A stretch of DNA of 64,000 nucleotides from Trichoplax sp. H2. Lineage: Eukaryota. Below, in pieces: positions 51,481 through 64,000 of the stretch (its first letter is position 1; each line of letters begins with the position of its first letter). Location: assembly GCA_003344405.1 (NCBI GenBank), contig NOWV01000175.1:1-64000 (forward strand), in the 5' to 3' direction. The notes under the pieces were generated by a model. That model ran no database searches, had not been told where the DNA came from, and was given only the letters and a program-made list of their open reading frames with translations. The translations under genes were made by a program, and so were the position numbers.

Positions 51481-52807
51481 CGAATATTGTTGTAGATAGT
51501 GTTAGATATTAGCTACGATATCAGTTACATTAGCCATTAGATAAAGTTAGGTATATGATCATAATATCATCTATAAAGTATGGTAAAAGATTATAATTTT
51601 AATATCAATTTTTATTTCTTACAACAGTAAACTTGGACACAAGTGCCAATTAAATAACCTACTGACTGACTTCCACAACAACAGCTGTGTAGTAGCTTGT
51701 ATACTATGATAAAGATTATACAACGACTGTGATATGATTAATTAACAATCAGGTTGTGGTTCTGGAAGTTAATACAGTTCATCTATTATAATTCGTTCCG
51801 AGATTGAAATGCCTTTCTGCCTAATAAGGAGTATGATAACATATCTGTAGTGTAGTTGAAATATTTTAGTTTTACATAGACATGCCATAAAATAATTTTA
51901 AATCATCGCGTCGATTAGGAGATTGTTAGCGATGTTATTGAGCTGTTCCTGTTACGAAAAAGTTAATCTATTCATTCATTAATTTAAAATAATCTTTTTA
52001 ATAGGGATTATTTATCAATAAAAAGGACTTGAGTGATTAACTATTGCAGTGATGTTGAATAAAGCTATACAGTAAGTTAAATTATTTAAAGCGAAGAGGA
52101 AATTGTCGGTAACATAAAAGGCAGAGTCATACCGATAATATCAGCGCAAAAAAAATCATTAGAAGGAAACTCTAATTCTTAGCAAGCGATATTGTAAGTT
52201 TGCTAGATCAATGAAAAAGAGGGATAATTATTATTACCTTTTGTCACAACCTAGGTCGTGACATTTATATCTATAGCATATCAAATTATGCGATATTACA
52301 TTCACTAAATAGAAGCGTTTTGTACTCTGTAAGTAATTGTAATAAAGGGCGTCGGTCTCCAAATACTTTTTACTTACACAAAAGTATTAACACAATAACA
52401 GGAGCTTAGGATAAGCCTTTATTACAAATTCAATTATGGTAATACTGATTATAATCTCATAGTCTAGCATGGCAATTTGTTAGACGACAGGAGAGTGCCA
52501 AAGAATCTAAAGAGAGTTAATTCCCTTTCACTTATATAATATCCGACATCTATCGATCATAACAATAACATAAAAAATCTACATCACGTTACGCTAAATC
52601 TTATCTATGAGTGATAGCATCAATGTGAAGGCTACTTTACTACAGTAATACGTTCCAAAACGAAAGACTCTACATAATTTCCGACTATCCGATAATGACG
52701 ATCGGTATAGTAACTAAATTAGTTAATGCAGCAACTATTTATACTGCAATACTTATTATAACATCTATGTAATTATATCACATCAGTATTACACCATTTA
52801 TTACGCA

Positions 52808-53048
52808 GATTTACTGCATTTACTTGAAAATGAGGATGATAATGACTTCCATCATTCCATATCGGTATACTGCACGGTCTATATGTATGACCACGAATAT
52901 TAACGTAGTCTACTGTAGTGTAATAGTTAGCACTATTAAAGAACCTTGGATAGTTACAAAATGAAACTCAAAGATAATCTCGATGATTACAGATTCCTTT
53001 ATTATCGTTTGGATTGAAGTTACCAGTTGCTCGAAAATGAGTCGATCT
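52808..53048 (-). pseudogene. Internal fragment of the fibrinogen-C-like gene family (homologous to ~45020-45275)
   Basis: STHFRATGNFNPNDNKGICNHRDYL*VSFCNY..VDYVNIRGHTYRPCSIPIWNDGS. There is a CGA>TGA stop, several Cys are lost, and both ends are truncated. Confidence 0.85.
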
Positions 53049-54759
53049 TTATATTTTTTTTAAATATATTAGTATAAAACTTTGTAGAAAGGTTCGTTTT
53101 ACCTTCTAGTTTGTAAATAAGTTAGCGTTCTGCTAGCTTTACTTAGTATTTCTAAACTTGCTGATTGCCTCCAGCTGAGCAGATGAGATCTATTAATTTG
53201 ACCTGTCGCCTAGATTCTCATAGTAATCACTGCTTACTGCTAATCTTAATATACTTTTAGACGTTGATATCACACCATCCAAGGACAATTCATAATCAAC
53301 AAATTTCCCCTACATCGTACACTAATATTGACGGGTACTATCTGGGCACCTTTCTACTGTATTCGATGGCAAAGTAACTATTACAACTTCCAAATTTTGT
53401 AACAAGTACTAGATCTGCACTCAGCAAGGAGACCCAGTAATTAAGTTGAAGAACTAACTTTATTGTTAAAATAATGAGTTCATATACTTTCTTTATTGAG
53501 ACCTTTGATCTACTGGCGTAGATCACAAGATTATTACTAAGAAAAAGGTTTCCCTAGTTTAGACATTACAAATAGAATATCATACCGAGTATGGCAACAT
53601 GAGACTACATATATAGATAACCTTAATATAGTACCATAACTACATCTATATACGCATGACGTGATAACATCGTGATATTTAACCATATATAGAAAGAAGG
53701 TAACATACTTATTATGTAACTATCACAGAACGTGACAGTAACATAACTTTTACTGCTTTTATAGTTAAAAATAATATCAGATTTATCACCACTGAAGCTT
53801 AAATGTTCTTCTAATTAACTAACTAGATCATTTAAATTACAATCTTACTTGATATAATTCTTGAAAAAATTATGCTGTCAGATATTATTCAATTCCAACC
53901 CGAATAATGTAAACGGGCACACAACATACTAAGATACCAAGTAAAATGTACAGCAATCCAATAAAACGAGCTATTTTTACAAGCTACGATACTAATTACA
54001 ATATAAAATATTGAAGTAGAATTCTAAATAATAACCTTTATTACCTCTAACTAATGCTAGCTAAAAATAGCATAGTAGACTTCGCAGAATTGAAAAGGAT
54101 ATTACTAGGGTATTATCAAATAATTAATTAAGACACATGATATTAATTAGCAGGAACTTTTAAGATATCCCTATAATTAGTACTGTATATTGCATAATTA
54201 TAACGTATTTAAGTCGGATTATATTGTTCTCTGTTCTTCACTTGAAACAAAAGTATAGCAGCTACTGGCATCCTTAAAATTCTTTAAGTATAATAGTGCA
54301 ACAGATTAACCAATAGGATTTATAAGATGTATCAATATCACCACCCAAAGTGCTATCTTTAGCCACCGATTTGATTACATACCAAGCTTAATTGAGAGCT
54401 ATTTTTCCAAAGCTATTTACATTACAATGCATGAGGTTAAATCACAGCACCATTTAGGAATTTAATTGCTTTATTATTCAAATAGATGTGAATAAATTCC
54501 TTTACTACCTCACAATTCAATATTCTTCAAAATCATTATCACGTGATTGTATTCGTTAGCTAAATAAATAATACATACTTAGGTATACGCAAGTAAATAA
54601 ATTATGAAAGTTGAAATAGATAAAAAGGATAAGAATAACTAATTTATAGGCAGAAAAAAGCTAATCACGACTTACTGTAATAAGATATATTGATTATTTC
54701 GGATTACATCTTAAACTAACTTATCTGTAATTTAATCGAGAGAAATTATCTACAATTCT

Positions 54760-57700
54760 ATGGATTCACGTATAATCTATTTAGTCGTTTACTTAATATT
54801 GCCTTGCCTGTTCAGTTCAATTGGTTGTAATACTGCCCTTCATGATTTTAATTGGGCTTCACGATGTCTTGATCATTGCCATTGCCAAGATGAAAATATT
54901 CGATGTAAAGCTATACCTGCTTCGATTTCAGCTATACCAGAGGGCATAAAACAACTGTAAGTTCTAATAGAATCATCAATAATGACCCACGATATTAATT
55001 TTCTATCACTACGAGTACTTTAGGTAACACTGCCTACTTCTAGTCTATTACGATTCTTTAAATTATTATTTCTTCTTCTTCTTCTTTTTCCTGAGAAATT
55101 TGATCCTACGATACTGGAAATTATTTCTATTTGTTTCTTAAAGCCTTACATTTCTAAATTTACTACAATTAGCATACAGTATTCGTGCAGTTAAAACTAT
55201 TAAAGAAAGGGTACAATTATTTTATAACTAATTAATGTAATTAATAGTCTAATAGCTTGCTGCTATTCTTTGTCGATTATATTGTTAAATTTTACCTTAG
55301 ATTTTGTAAAATTACTGTACCATAGTCAAAAAAGGCAGCTAAAGGTGTTATATTTGCAGTCTGTAGTTATACTCAATCTTGTTTTTATTATTAAAATCTT
55401 AAAATTCTCATACAGGCACAAAGCGATATAGAAAATATGTAGCAGTCGGAGTAACTTGTCTTGTTATAAGCTAGTCTCTATGTGGTTTCGAGCAAATCAG
55501 TGATGCTAACTCTTTACGGACATTTTTGTAATAATCGTTGCGGGATCTTAACACTAATGTCCGTATTCATAGATTTGTCGAAGAAGAGCCGATTTGTGAT
55601 GAAAAAGACGTCAAAAACTTAATAGAACTTGCTCTAAATGCCAACATAAAACTAGTAGGCTACTGCAAATCTGCAAATTTGCGCCGTAAACGCTCCTTTA
55701 ATGAGCTGCTAGTTAAAAAATTAGCAGATTCTCAAGGTAAATGAGCACAATTATACAGTTTCACTAAAGTAAGAAAATATAATCTTTGTTACTTGATAGC
55801 CTTAGTTCATGCGTTATAACCAAATTATTTGAAATTGAGTTATTTCATCATCTTGCTTTGAAATAACTCTGAAATCACTTTCACTACCACATTATTGGCT
55901 TGGATTCTTGCTGAGCAGACATTTGAGCTAAATATTTTTGGGCAAAGTGTATACTCTTACACTCGTAATTTTAGCTATCTGATTACTGTAATATCCGGTT
56001 AATCATTATTAGTTCAACATTTAAAATACAAGCAATGTCTTCTGAGCCTAGACTAAGGTATAGAAATAGATAAAAATAAAATTTTTTACTTGTTTCAGAC
56101 ATATATGATGAAACAAGTCATCAACGCGTCAAGAAAGCAGGATTTAATATTCAATCTATCTATGGCTTTAACGGTAAGATAGAGTTTAACGTTATTAAAT
56201 TACGTTGATGAGCTATTGCATTTAAAGACACATTGTTTTGTTAGCCAACAACCATTTAAATCTGTTTCGAGACTGTAAAGTAATTAGAAATTAAATTGGT
56301 GATACAGCTTTAATCGTATCATTCATTTCCGGTTCACTGGAAGAACGCAGCTTATCTTCCAGCTTTGTTTTGAGCTATCGCACCACACCTGTATTTGTAA
56401 TTTATGTTCAAACTATCCTTTCATTAAAGTCTAATCCAAATTATACCATTACGCCAACCATTAGTAAATCTTGTCAGGCTATAGCTCAATTTCTCGAATT
56501 CTCCACTAAAAAAGCTATCATGAATAATGTCCACCTACAATTAATAAAAACGACTTATTTCCCTTATTTCTGAACGAAATTAACCCACAATTTCATCTTT
56601 TTATAATTTATTATAGCTATTTGTGTATCCGATTTCAGCTGCTCATTATACTATTTATTATTTAAAATTAAGCTCCCCTATTCGTCTGCAAGTAAACTTG
56701 ATACTCTGTTTGTGATTTAAGCAAACTTATGACATCATCTGTTTGTAATTTAAAATCATGCTCTCCAGTTTTTCTTTAACTAATCTTGGTTTTCCACTAT
56801 ATTTTCCAATTCCAATTTGTTTACTAATTAAAAGTTTTTATCCTCTTATTATGACTTAAGCAAACTTTTGGCATCATCTATTTATAGTTTTAAATCGCGC
56901 TCTTATTTTACTTTTCTGAAAGTAATATAACCTGTCCCTATCATAGTATCCAAGTTACGATTTGTTTTAATCAATATTTTGATCCCAATCCAAGCACATC
57001 TTCGTACTATTTACTTACAGAAAAATTCATATAAGTTTAATTTTATTGTTAGTCATTACTATTTTATTTTACAATCTATTCATAGTTTATGTTCTAGCTA
57101 TGCGCAACATGTTATATAATTCAACCTTTCTAAGATTTCAACCAAACTATCTCACCATGCCTCTCCTTCATAATTCATATACAGATTATAATCCTATTCT
57201 TTTAATTTCTAATCAAAGCCATCTCCTTGTAATTCATATGCTAGCTATACTGCAATTTTTCTAATAAGAATCAAATTCTCTTCCATGACAGAAAATACCT
57301 CATACGCAACAAAGTGCGATTTTACTAAATCGGCATGTGGATGGAAGCAAGCCAAAGCGATTGATTTTCTAGATTGGAAGCAAGGTTAGTACAAGACAGT
57401 GGCAAATGCAAATTTCCTAAGATACTATTTTAACAGTAATTTTGATAATCTAGAGATAAACTCCCTTCAGTAAGATACGATACCATAACTTTGCATAAGC
57501 ATTGCTGATCTATTATAACTATATTATTTTAGTATACGGTACCTGCTGTATATTCAAAAGTAAACCAAATAATATTAATGCAATGATTACAAATCCTTTA
57601 ATATCGATGAATACAGATAGCACATTTGGCTTTTTCCTCAATACTACTAAAACATATGATGATGGACAATTCGCCGAGTTGATTAGCCCACCAATGAAAA

Positions 57701-60700
57701 TGCCACCAGGCACCATGATTATCTCGGTAAGTAATTATATATTCCTACTAAATTAAAAAGAAGAATAATATGCCAACAAGACATCACAGCACTTTATTTT
57801 GACCTAAAATATACGATTATGCGATGAGACTAGATCTCATTGTATAAAAATTGTAACATTTAATGTTGCTGTTTAAGCCATTGTAGCTAGCATTCGTCTG
57901 TTGGCTAAATAATGAATTAAGTTAAGCTTTGAGTTTCTATCTTTCAGATTAGATATATTACCCAACTCCTTGAGCTTTCTAAATCTACCATCAAGATCTA
58001 TATCATGTACCCAAAGTATAGCATGAAAAGGCATCTTGTTGAGACTGCTACATTTTTTGACCATTCAAGCAAAGAACATCAACAAAGCTATGGAGCACTT
58101 CTACCTAATCAAGATCTTTACCATGTAAATTGCTATTAAAAAATGATTATAATGATTGGCTGTAAAATAATCCACGTTGAACCTTCTGAGTATTATTATC
58201 TTTTTACTAATAGATTATCATCCGAGGGAAACTTGGTGCTCTAGTCCCTGGTAAATCCAAGGGCAAATTTGGCCTGCTCTACTTTCATGCCTCGCCTGAT
58301 GGTAATAGCTTACAGTAAAATATTTCGAGAATTTTTTACTTTTAGTAACGATACAAATATCAATGGTATAATGTCAGTCTATTTGGAGATTTATTCCTTT
58401 GCGACTACCGAGTATCTATTGCATCTAATCCATATTTCCATTTGAAAATAGAAGTATAAGTAATTCTGCTCTAAGATTAGTCCTTGGCAAAAAGCCTTTT
58501 GCACCACCAATAAGTCCATTTTAATCTTGTATTTTATTAGAAATGACATGCTATACAGGCACCGGAGAATATTTTCGCGGATCCGTCGCTACTGGTGAAA
58601 GCGGCAAAGCTTGTGTGAAATGGGATAGTGTTTCGTCACCCTATAACACTCGCAACTACCCACACTCCCAGCTAAATTCCAATCAATGCCGAAACCCTGG
58701 TGCAAATCGAAATAGACCATGGTGCTACACATCATCAAAGACTGCAGTTTGGGAATATTGTAGTATTTCAGCTTGTGGTAGCAATAATCCTGCTATCCCT
58801 GCTAATCCACCTTATCCATTAGGATGTAAGTTGCATCTAGATACCTTATTTTTGAGCATTGCTAGCTACCTTGAGTAGTTTTCCATTTTTCATCATATCT
58901 TAAAAATGATTCCTTTCGACAAGAGTGGCAATAAATTTAAATTGACCTTTAAAGTAATAATCATAGAAAGTCTTCTAACAATAAATATATACTCATTCAT
59001 ATCTTAGTTCAAAATCCTGTCGCCATCACTTCCTTGGATAACATTGAAAGCAAAACGATTGGTCAAGCCGCTGTTTATGTTAATGGCTATTGGTACAGGA
59101 TATGTTATGTATACGGGTATAGTCCAATGACAGTACCAGGACTAGCTCGAGCAATCAATTTAATGTGCAAGCAAACTGGCTTAGGCGAAGTGGGAAGTAC
59201 TTGGAGTACCCGTAAGTCTTATACTAATATTCAATTCTGCTGACATAGCTACCTTTAGAAATCTTACCATCAAATTAAAAGCAAATTCATTTTCTCTTCT
59301 AAGGTTCGTCGTTTGGTCGATATAACGATACTTGCATTAAACTAACTGACATTAAATGTCCATCAACAGCAACTTCCTTTTCTCAATGTTCAGTTCCTGC
59401 TAATGCTAATCCTAAAATTTATACAGCAAATCAATGGCTAGCATGTTATTCGGCTTCTCCAAAATCTCCTTTGAGTAAGAAACGCTTGTGCCAAATAATT
59501 TCATTTTCGTATATATCATAGGATAATGACAGCATTGCACTGTACTTATTATCATCAATCCTAGTACTTGCTGAATTAAATTAGGTAGATTTTATTCTTT
59601 TACTCCTGAGATGAGTTAATTACACTTAATATGCCGTATGTAAGATTGATTTTGCCAAATAGTTTAATTTCTGTAGCCTGTTCTCAAGGATATTGACAAT
59701 ATTGTACTTAGTAACGTCAATCCTAACGCTTGCGGCAATCTATTCGATAGATCCAATTTTATACTTTTACTCCTGGATGACTTTAAAATACAAATCTTCA
59801 AATGTAGCCCGGCAACATTTTTAGCTACTCATACAACATTGATGCTAATGAACTTACTGATCAAACTATTTCCTTATATTGCTTAATAGCATCGAATAAG
59901 TACCTATTATCTATTCAACATCCTAATCAGAACAAATCTAATGCTGGTATTCCTAATATCAACATTAACTCTAAAGAATCTGGCGGATTCTGTAATCGAG
60001 ATTGGGGGCTAAAAGAGGCCGATGTTTTCTGTCGCCAAGCTGGCTACCTTGGCGCTTCTAGCTCATCTAGTAAAGCATTAAGCTAATTCTATTTCGTTAT
60101 AATTGAAATAATTAGAATGCAATGATCAACCACACTGAATGAAGATATTTTCTATATAAAATAAAACTCATTTATTCAACACTTTTTCCAGTTAACCCAC
60201 CATCATCCACGATTTATCCCTTATCCATCGTAAGATCGATCAACTGTTCTGGATATGAGATCAAACTTTCACAATGTGCAGCGAATGTTGCAACTAGGCC
60301 AGAGCCATGCCTAAATGGCAAAGGTCAAACTGCAACAGTTGCTTGCATCCCTAAACAGAGCTATTACTGTACGTGTCTTGTTGATTACAGAAATAATATT
60401 TCAAGATTGACGATATAGTAGCTATTGCTTATTCTAATTCTTAATCAACAACATTTTAGATACCAATAATGAACCAACCAATTGCCAATTTACCAGCGGT
60501 TTATGTGGATGGGAAGTATACAATAATGTAGGATGGATTTGGCGTCAAAACGATAGTGTTCCATTTAAGCCAACTCAATCAGGTCAATTACAATTTACTT
60601 CCTGATCATCCTCTTAGAGTATCAAATGACCTTGTTATTCGTATAACAAGAAAACAGTAATCCATTTCCATTTCTAATTTGTATTCCCTTCTTATCAATA

Positions 60701-61719
60701 TGGTAATTAGTCTTGAGCAATGGAGGCTACATGTATGTATTCAGATCCCCTTATGGTGTATCTCAAGGAAGAATTATTTTGACTAGCCCTTTATTAACCC
60801 CTAATCCATCTGCGGGTTCTGTTAAAGTATGTTCCTTCGCGTTAATTTCGATGTTGTACTACTTTCCAATTACTAGCCGATTAGAGAATTGAGCTTAGAG
60901 ATTTTAAAAGTAGCGCGTTACATCTTAGGCTAAATTACTGGTTTCTATTTCAATTATTTCACTTCTAGACAACTTTAGATCGATATGCTGCGGGGGTCTT
61001 AACCAATGTCACTTTACTCATAGCCTATGAAAATCTTCCAGGCTCTTCAGAAGGTGGTTCAAGCTATTCCTATTATCCAATTTATGCTACTAATGGATGG
61101 CAAAAATTTAAGGAGGCCGATGCAAGCAATGGATTTTATACCTACGAAAAATTTACAGTAAGTTTATATGCACGACTTCGCATTGCAAAGGAGATTGATA
61201 AGTTGAGTCATTTATTTTTAGTTAATAGAGGAAATAACTCCTAGTAATTGATAGTGATTTATAACTTAACTCATATCACAGTAGCTCTTATAACAATGCT
61301 TTAACGGAAAGCTCTTCAAGATTCAATTTCTATTCCATCCTTTCTAGATGCTGATTGGAATTACATGGGATTATTATGGACCTCCAGCATCGTTTGTTTT
61401 TGCTATAGATAACCTCGTTATTCACAACACCCATGGCTTTCATGGTAATACTAATTGAGTTAGACAAATTGTATCCATTCCTATTAATGCGCAATACGGT
61501 CATATTAGCATGTCAATAATCTCGTTTCGTTCTTTAACAATCTATTAACTTTCTATTATTGCTATTACAGTTAATGGAACAGCTACAGCAACTATTAATC
61601 ACGGAACAGAACAGACAACAGTTCCTAACAATAACGCAGCATTGGGATATTATCAATCGAAGCATATTCTCTTGAGCTTAATCCTAAGCTTATTAACTTA
61701 CCTATCTGGCATGATGTAA
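54760..61719 (+). CDS. Multi-exon mosaic cell-surface protein: signal peptide, LRRNT/LRRCT-like caps, RRKR site, MAM, kringle, two SRCR-like domains, MAM, GPI-type C-terminal signal
   Basis: Exon 1 MDSRIIYLVVYLILPCLFS..CLDHCHC..IRC..ISAIP; exon 2 FVEEEPICD..YC..RRKRS. MAM1 (~57290-58300) KCDF..CGWKQ..DW..AELISP. Kringle (58543-58775) CY.G.G..FRG..C.KW..CRNP..PWCYT..WEYC. SRCR-like (59010-60350) VYVNGYWYRIC..MCKQTGLG and FCNRDWGLKEADVFCRQAGY..INCSGYE..LSQC. MAM2 (60460-61444) CQF..GLCGW..W.W..GGYMY..LTSP..FAIDNL. The last exon ends NAA-LGYYQSKH-ILLSLILSLLTYLSGMM* (TAA 61717-61719). Introns are GT-AG. Confidence 0.85.
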
Positions 61720-63750
61720 AGTTAGTAGCATAAATGACAATAAAACTAAGTCTTTGATTGATGCTTACTTCGATAGCTATAAAGCTGCAGCAGTTGTTTA
61801 CAGTACCCATGCGTTGGTAAGTGATGAAATAGCGATGTGCTTAAATTGATGTATATCACGGTTAATACTTCAATTTGAAACCGTCTGAAATTAATTTAAA
61901 CATTTAGAATTTGAAATTAAACCGTCTTTCTTATATTAAGCTTTATAACGAAATTTGAAATGATGTAGGTTTAATCAGTATCAATTTTGAACAAAATTGA
62001 TGAAAAACGTTGTTTTCGTATGCCTCATACAAATTGACATATAGATATAAAGTGCTATCAAGGAATAAAGTCGTAATTAAAACTAATGTGATGAGTCCAT
62101 TAAAACCTTCTAGCCGTTAATCATAATTTGTATAGTTTTATTTTAAGTCTCATGCTTGGCTTATACTCGTGCACTCGTATATTCATCTCATCTGTAACTA
62201 TTTAGGTAGTGTAATGAGTCCATTAAACTCTTCCTGGCCTCATTTTAAAAATAATAACAGTAGTAGCTTTAATTCAAAACAAAGACTGATACTACCATTT
62301 AACTAGAACTAGAAATAATACTGGCGCTATTATGCGGTTTCATAAAGGCATTAGCTTATTAATCAAGTACAGTATCTATTTTTAAATGCAAATACGAATA
62401 AACCAGAGTCAATATCAATATTGAAAATCATCAGTAAAATGTGGCTGATCTAACCAATTACAAATGTTAACCAATATTAATATATTGCCTCATCGCTATG
62501 AATAGATGTGAATTGATTACATATTTAACTAAATATCAACCCTAAACCAATAAGAAATTTCCGATCTATTACATGGGCAAAAAGCTGTGCCACGAATACA
62601 ATTAGTCTAATGTATTTGCTTAGAAATTAATAAAAGATGTCCAATTATCTCATTTCTAAAATTGCTATTAAAATAAGCTAGCAATCACATGACAGTATTC
62701 TGACGTGATCATAATGTGCTTCACAAAGGCTTAGCAACAGAGAGTACAAAAAAAGGATGAAGTTTTTTCAGGATATCTTATTGAATTCATTTACTGCTAA
62801 AATTGTCAGTAAGTTCATTTTCTTACCTTACTGAATCAAATTGGCCCTTAAACTCTAAATAAGAGTGTTTTTAAAAATCACTTTTCCTAATACTTAACTA
62901 TACGTACTGGTCACATTTTGTAGCTATTTACCTTAGGCTACCATGCTTCTTAAATCTTACTAGCTACAGTTTTACGCTAAATTTGAATAAATTTTAATCT
63001 GTCCCAAGCCTTGCCAATATCAAAATAAACAAGTTTTATGTAAAACTATAACTGATCTAATTTTATACCAACCAATGCAAAATATGCGTAAGTTTTTTCC
63101 TATATTTCTGGTAGGCGTTAATTTTGATGTCAGATAGAAAGAGTATGATAGTATACTTAGAAAATAGCACATACTAGACAGGTTTTATAAACGATCTACA
63201 ATTGTCCATATCAGTTTCATAAATTGCTTAAACATATTTAGCTGGTATGAATCAGGTCTGTGTTTGGTCGATTTGTTTTCCAAAGTGAACTTCCTTGACA
63301 GTTCTCGCTACTCTTTCCAGCTAAGATCTACAATGTTAATCAGATGAATTAAACTATTCTGCATACTATAGCAGATTGCGTAAAGTAGAACGTAGCTGCT
63401 TTACTTTTCAATTCCTTATTTTAACCTTCAGGTTTTACGAGTTAATAAGTACCAGTAACTTGTCAAATAAGACGACAAAGTGAACTATAACTTCCTATTT
63501 ATAGCTCATCTATATGAATAGTATAGATCATACCTGGTCTTTTCGTAAATCTTTGTATTTTAAATCAGACTATATGGCAAAAATTAGCGTAGTAAACCTG
63601 CTTTTATTAGTTCTAGAAATAAAACTGCAAATTACAATTTTAAGATTTAAATTCTCTCCAGATGCATCAATTACAGTTAATTAGGTGGAGTGTAGAAATA
63701 AGATTCTACGATTACTGTTCGTGCAGTTATCTATTTAATATATATCAAAT

Positions 63751-63842
63751 GTCAAAGATAAATTGGTATCTGCACATTCCTGTATAAATTATCTTATGGA
63801 AATTATGCTACGACAGCTATGCAAAAGTTACTCCGCAACAAC
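63751..63842 (+). repeat. Short dispersed repeat (~90 bp); other copies at ~18612-18710 and ~36281-36372
   Basis: gtca(t/a)agataa...cattcct..ataa...ggaaa.tatg.tacgacag...ca..agttact...aacaa is present in all three. Confidence 0.7.
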
Positions 63843-64000
63843 TAGATATCGCAAATTTACTAAAATATAATCTCTTTGACTGCTCTTAAATATTATACTA
63901 TCATTCTTTCTTGAATGAAATTATTCTCTTATCCAGAAATTTAGCACTAATTAATTATTAAAAGGCCTAGTTCATAAATATATGGAGATTGGACAATCAA

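Overview
AT-rich eukaryotic (animal) genomic DNA with many short GT-AG introns and one 20-N scaffold gap. The composition, compact introns and abundant TACAGTA/TACTGTA words resemble a placozoan (Trichoplax-like) genome, but this is inference only. The left part holds conserved housekeeping genes: the 3' six exons of UBE2Z (+) and a complete 10-exon cytosolic NAD-dependent glycerol-3-phosphate dehydrogenase (-). These are followed by an unknown type II membrane protein and a TACWGTA-rich minisatellite. From about 24 to 54 kb the region is duplication-rich. It carries a tandem cluster (27-41 kb, all - strand) of single-coding-exon genes sharing a ~350-aa repeat unit: one copy with a single TAG, one 3' fragment, one intact 465-aa copy and one 1290-aa triple-repeat copy. 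The motif order of this unit resembles a Cet1/CYTH triphosphate-tunnel fold lacking most metal-binding glutamates, behind low-complexity N-termini. The region also has a Helitron Pif1-helicase remnant with several Helitron-like 3' ends, and a small family of secreted fibrinogen-C-like Cys-rich proteins (one intact, two decayed). The window ends with a multi-exon gene for a predicted GPI-anchored mosaic protein (signal peptide - LRR caps - furin site - MAM - kringle - SRCR - SRCR - MAM - GPI signal). All calls come from manual reading and translation; no database searches were run.
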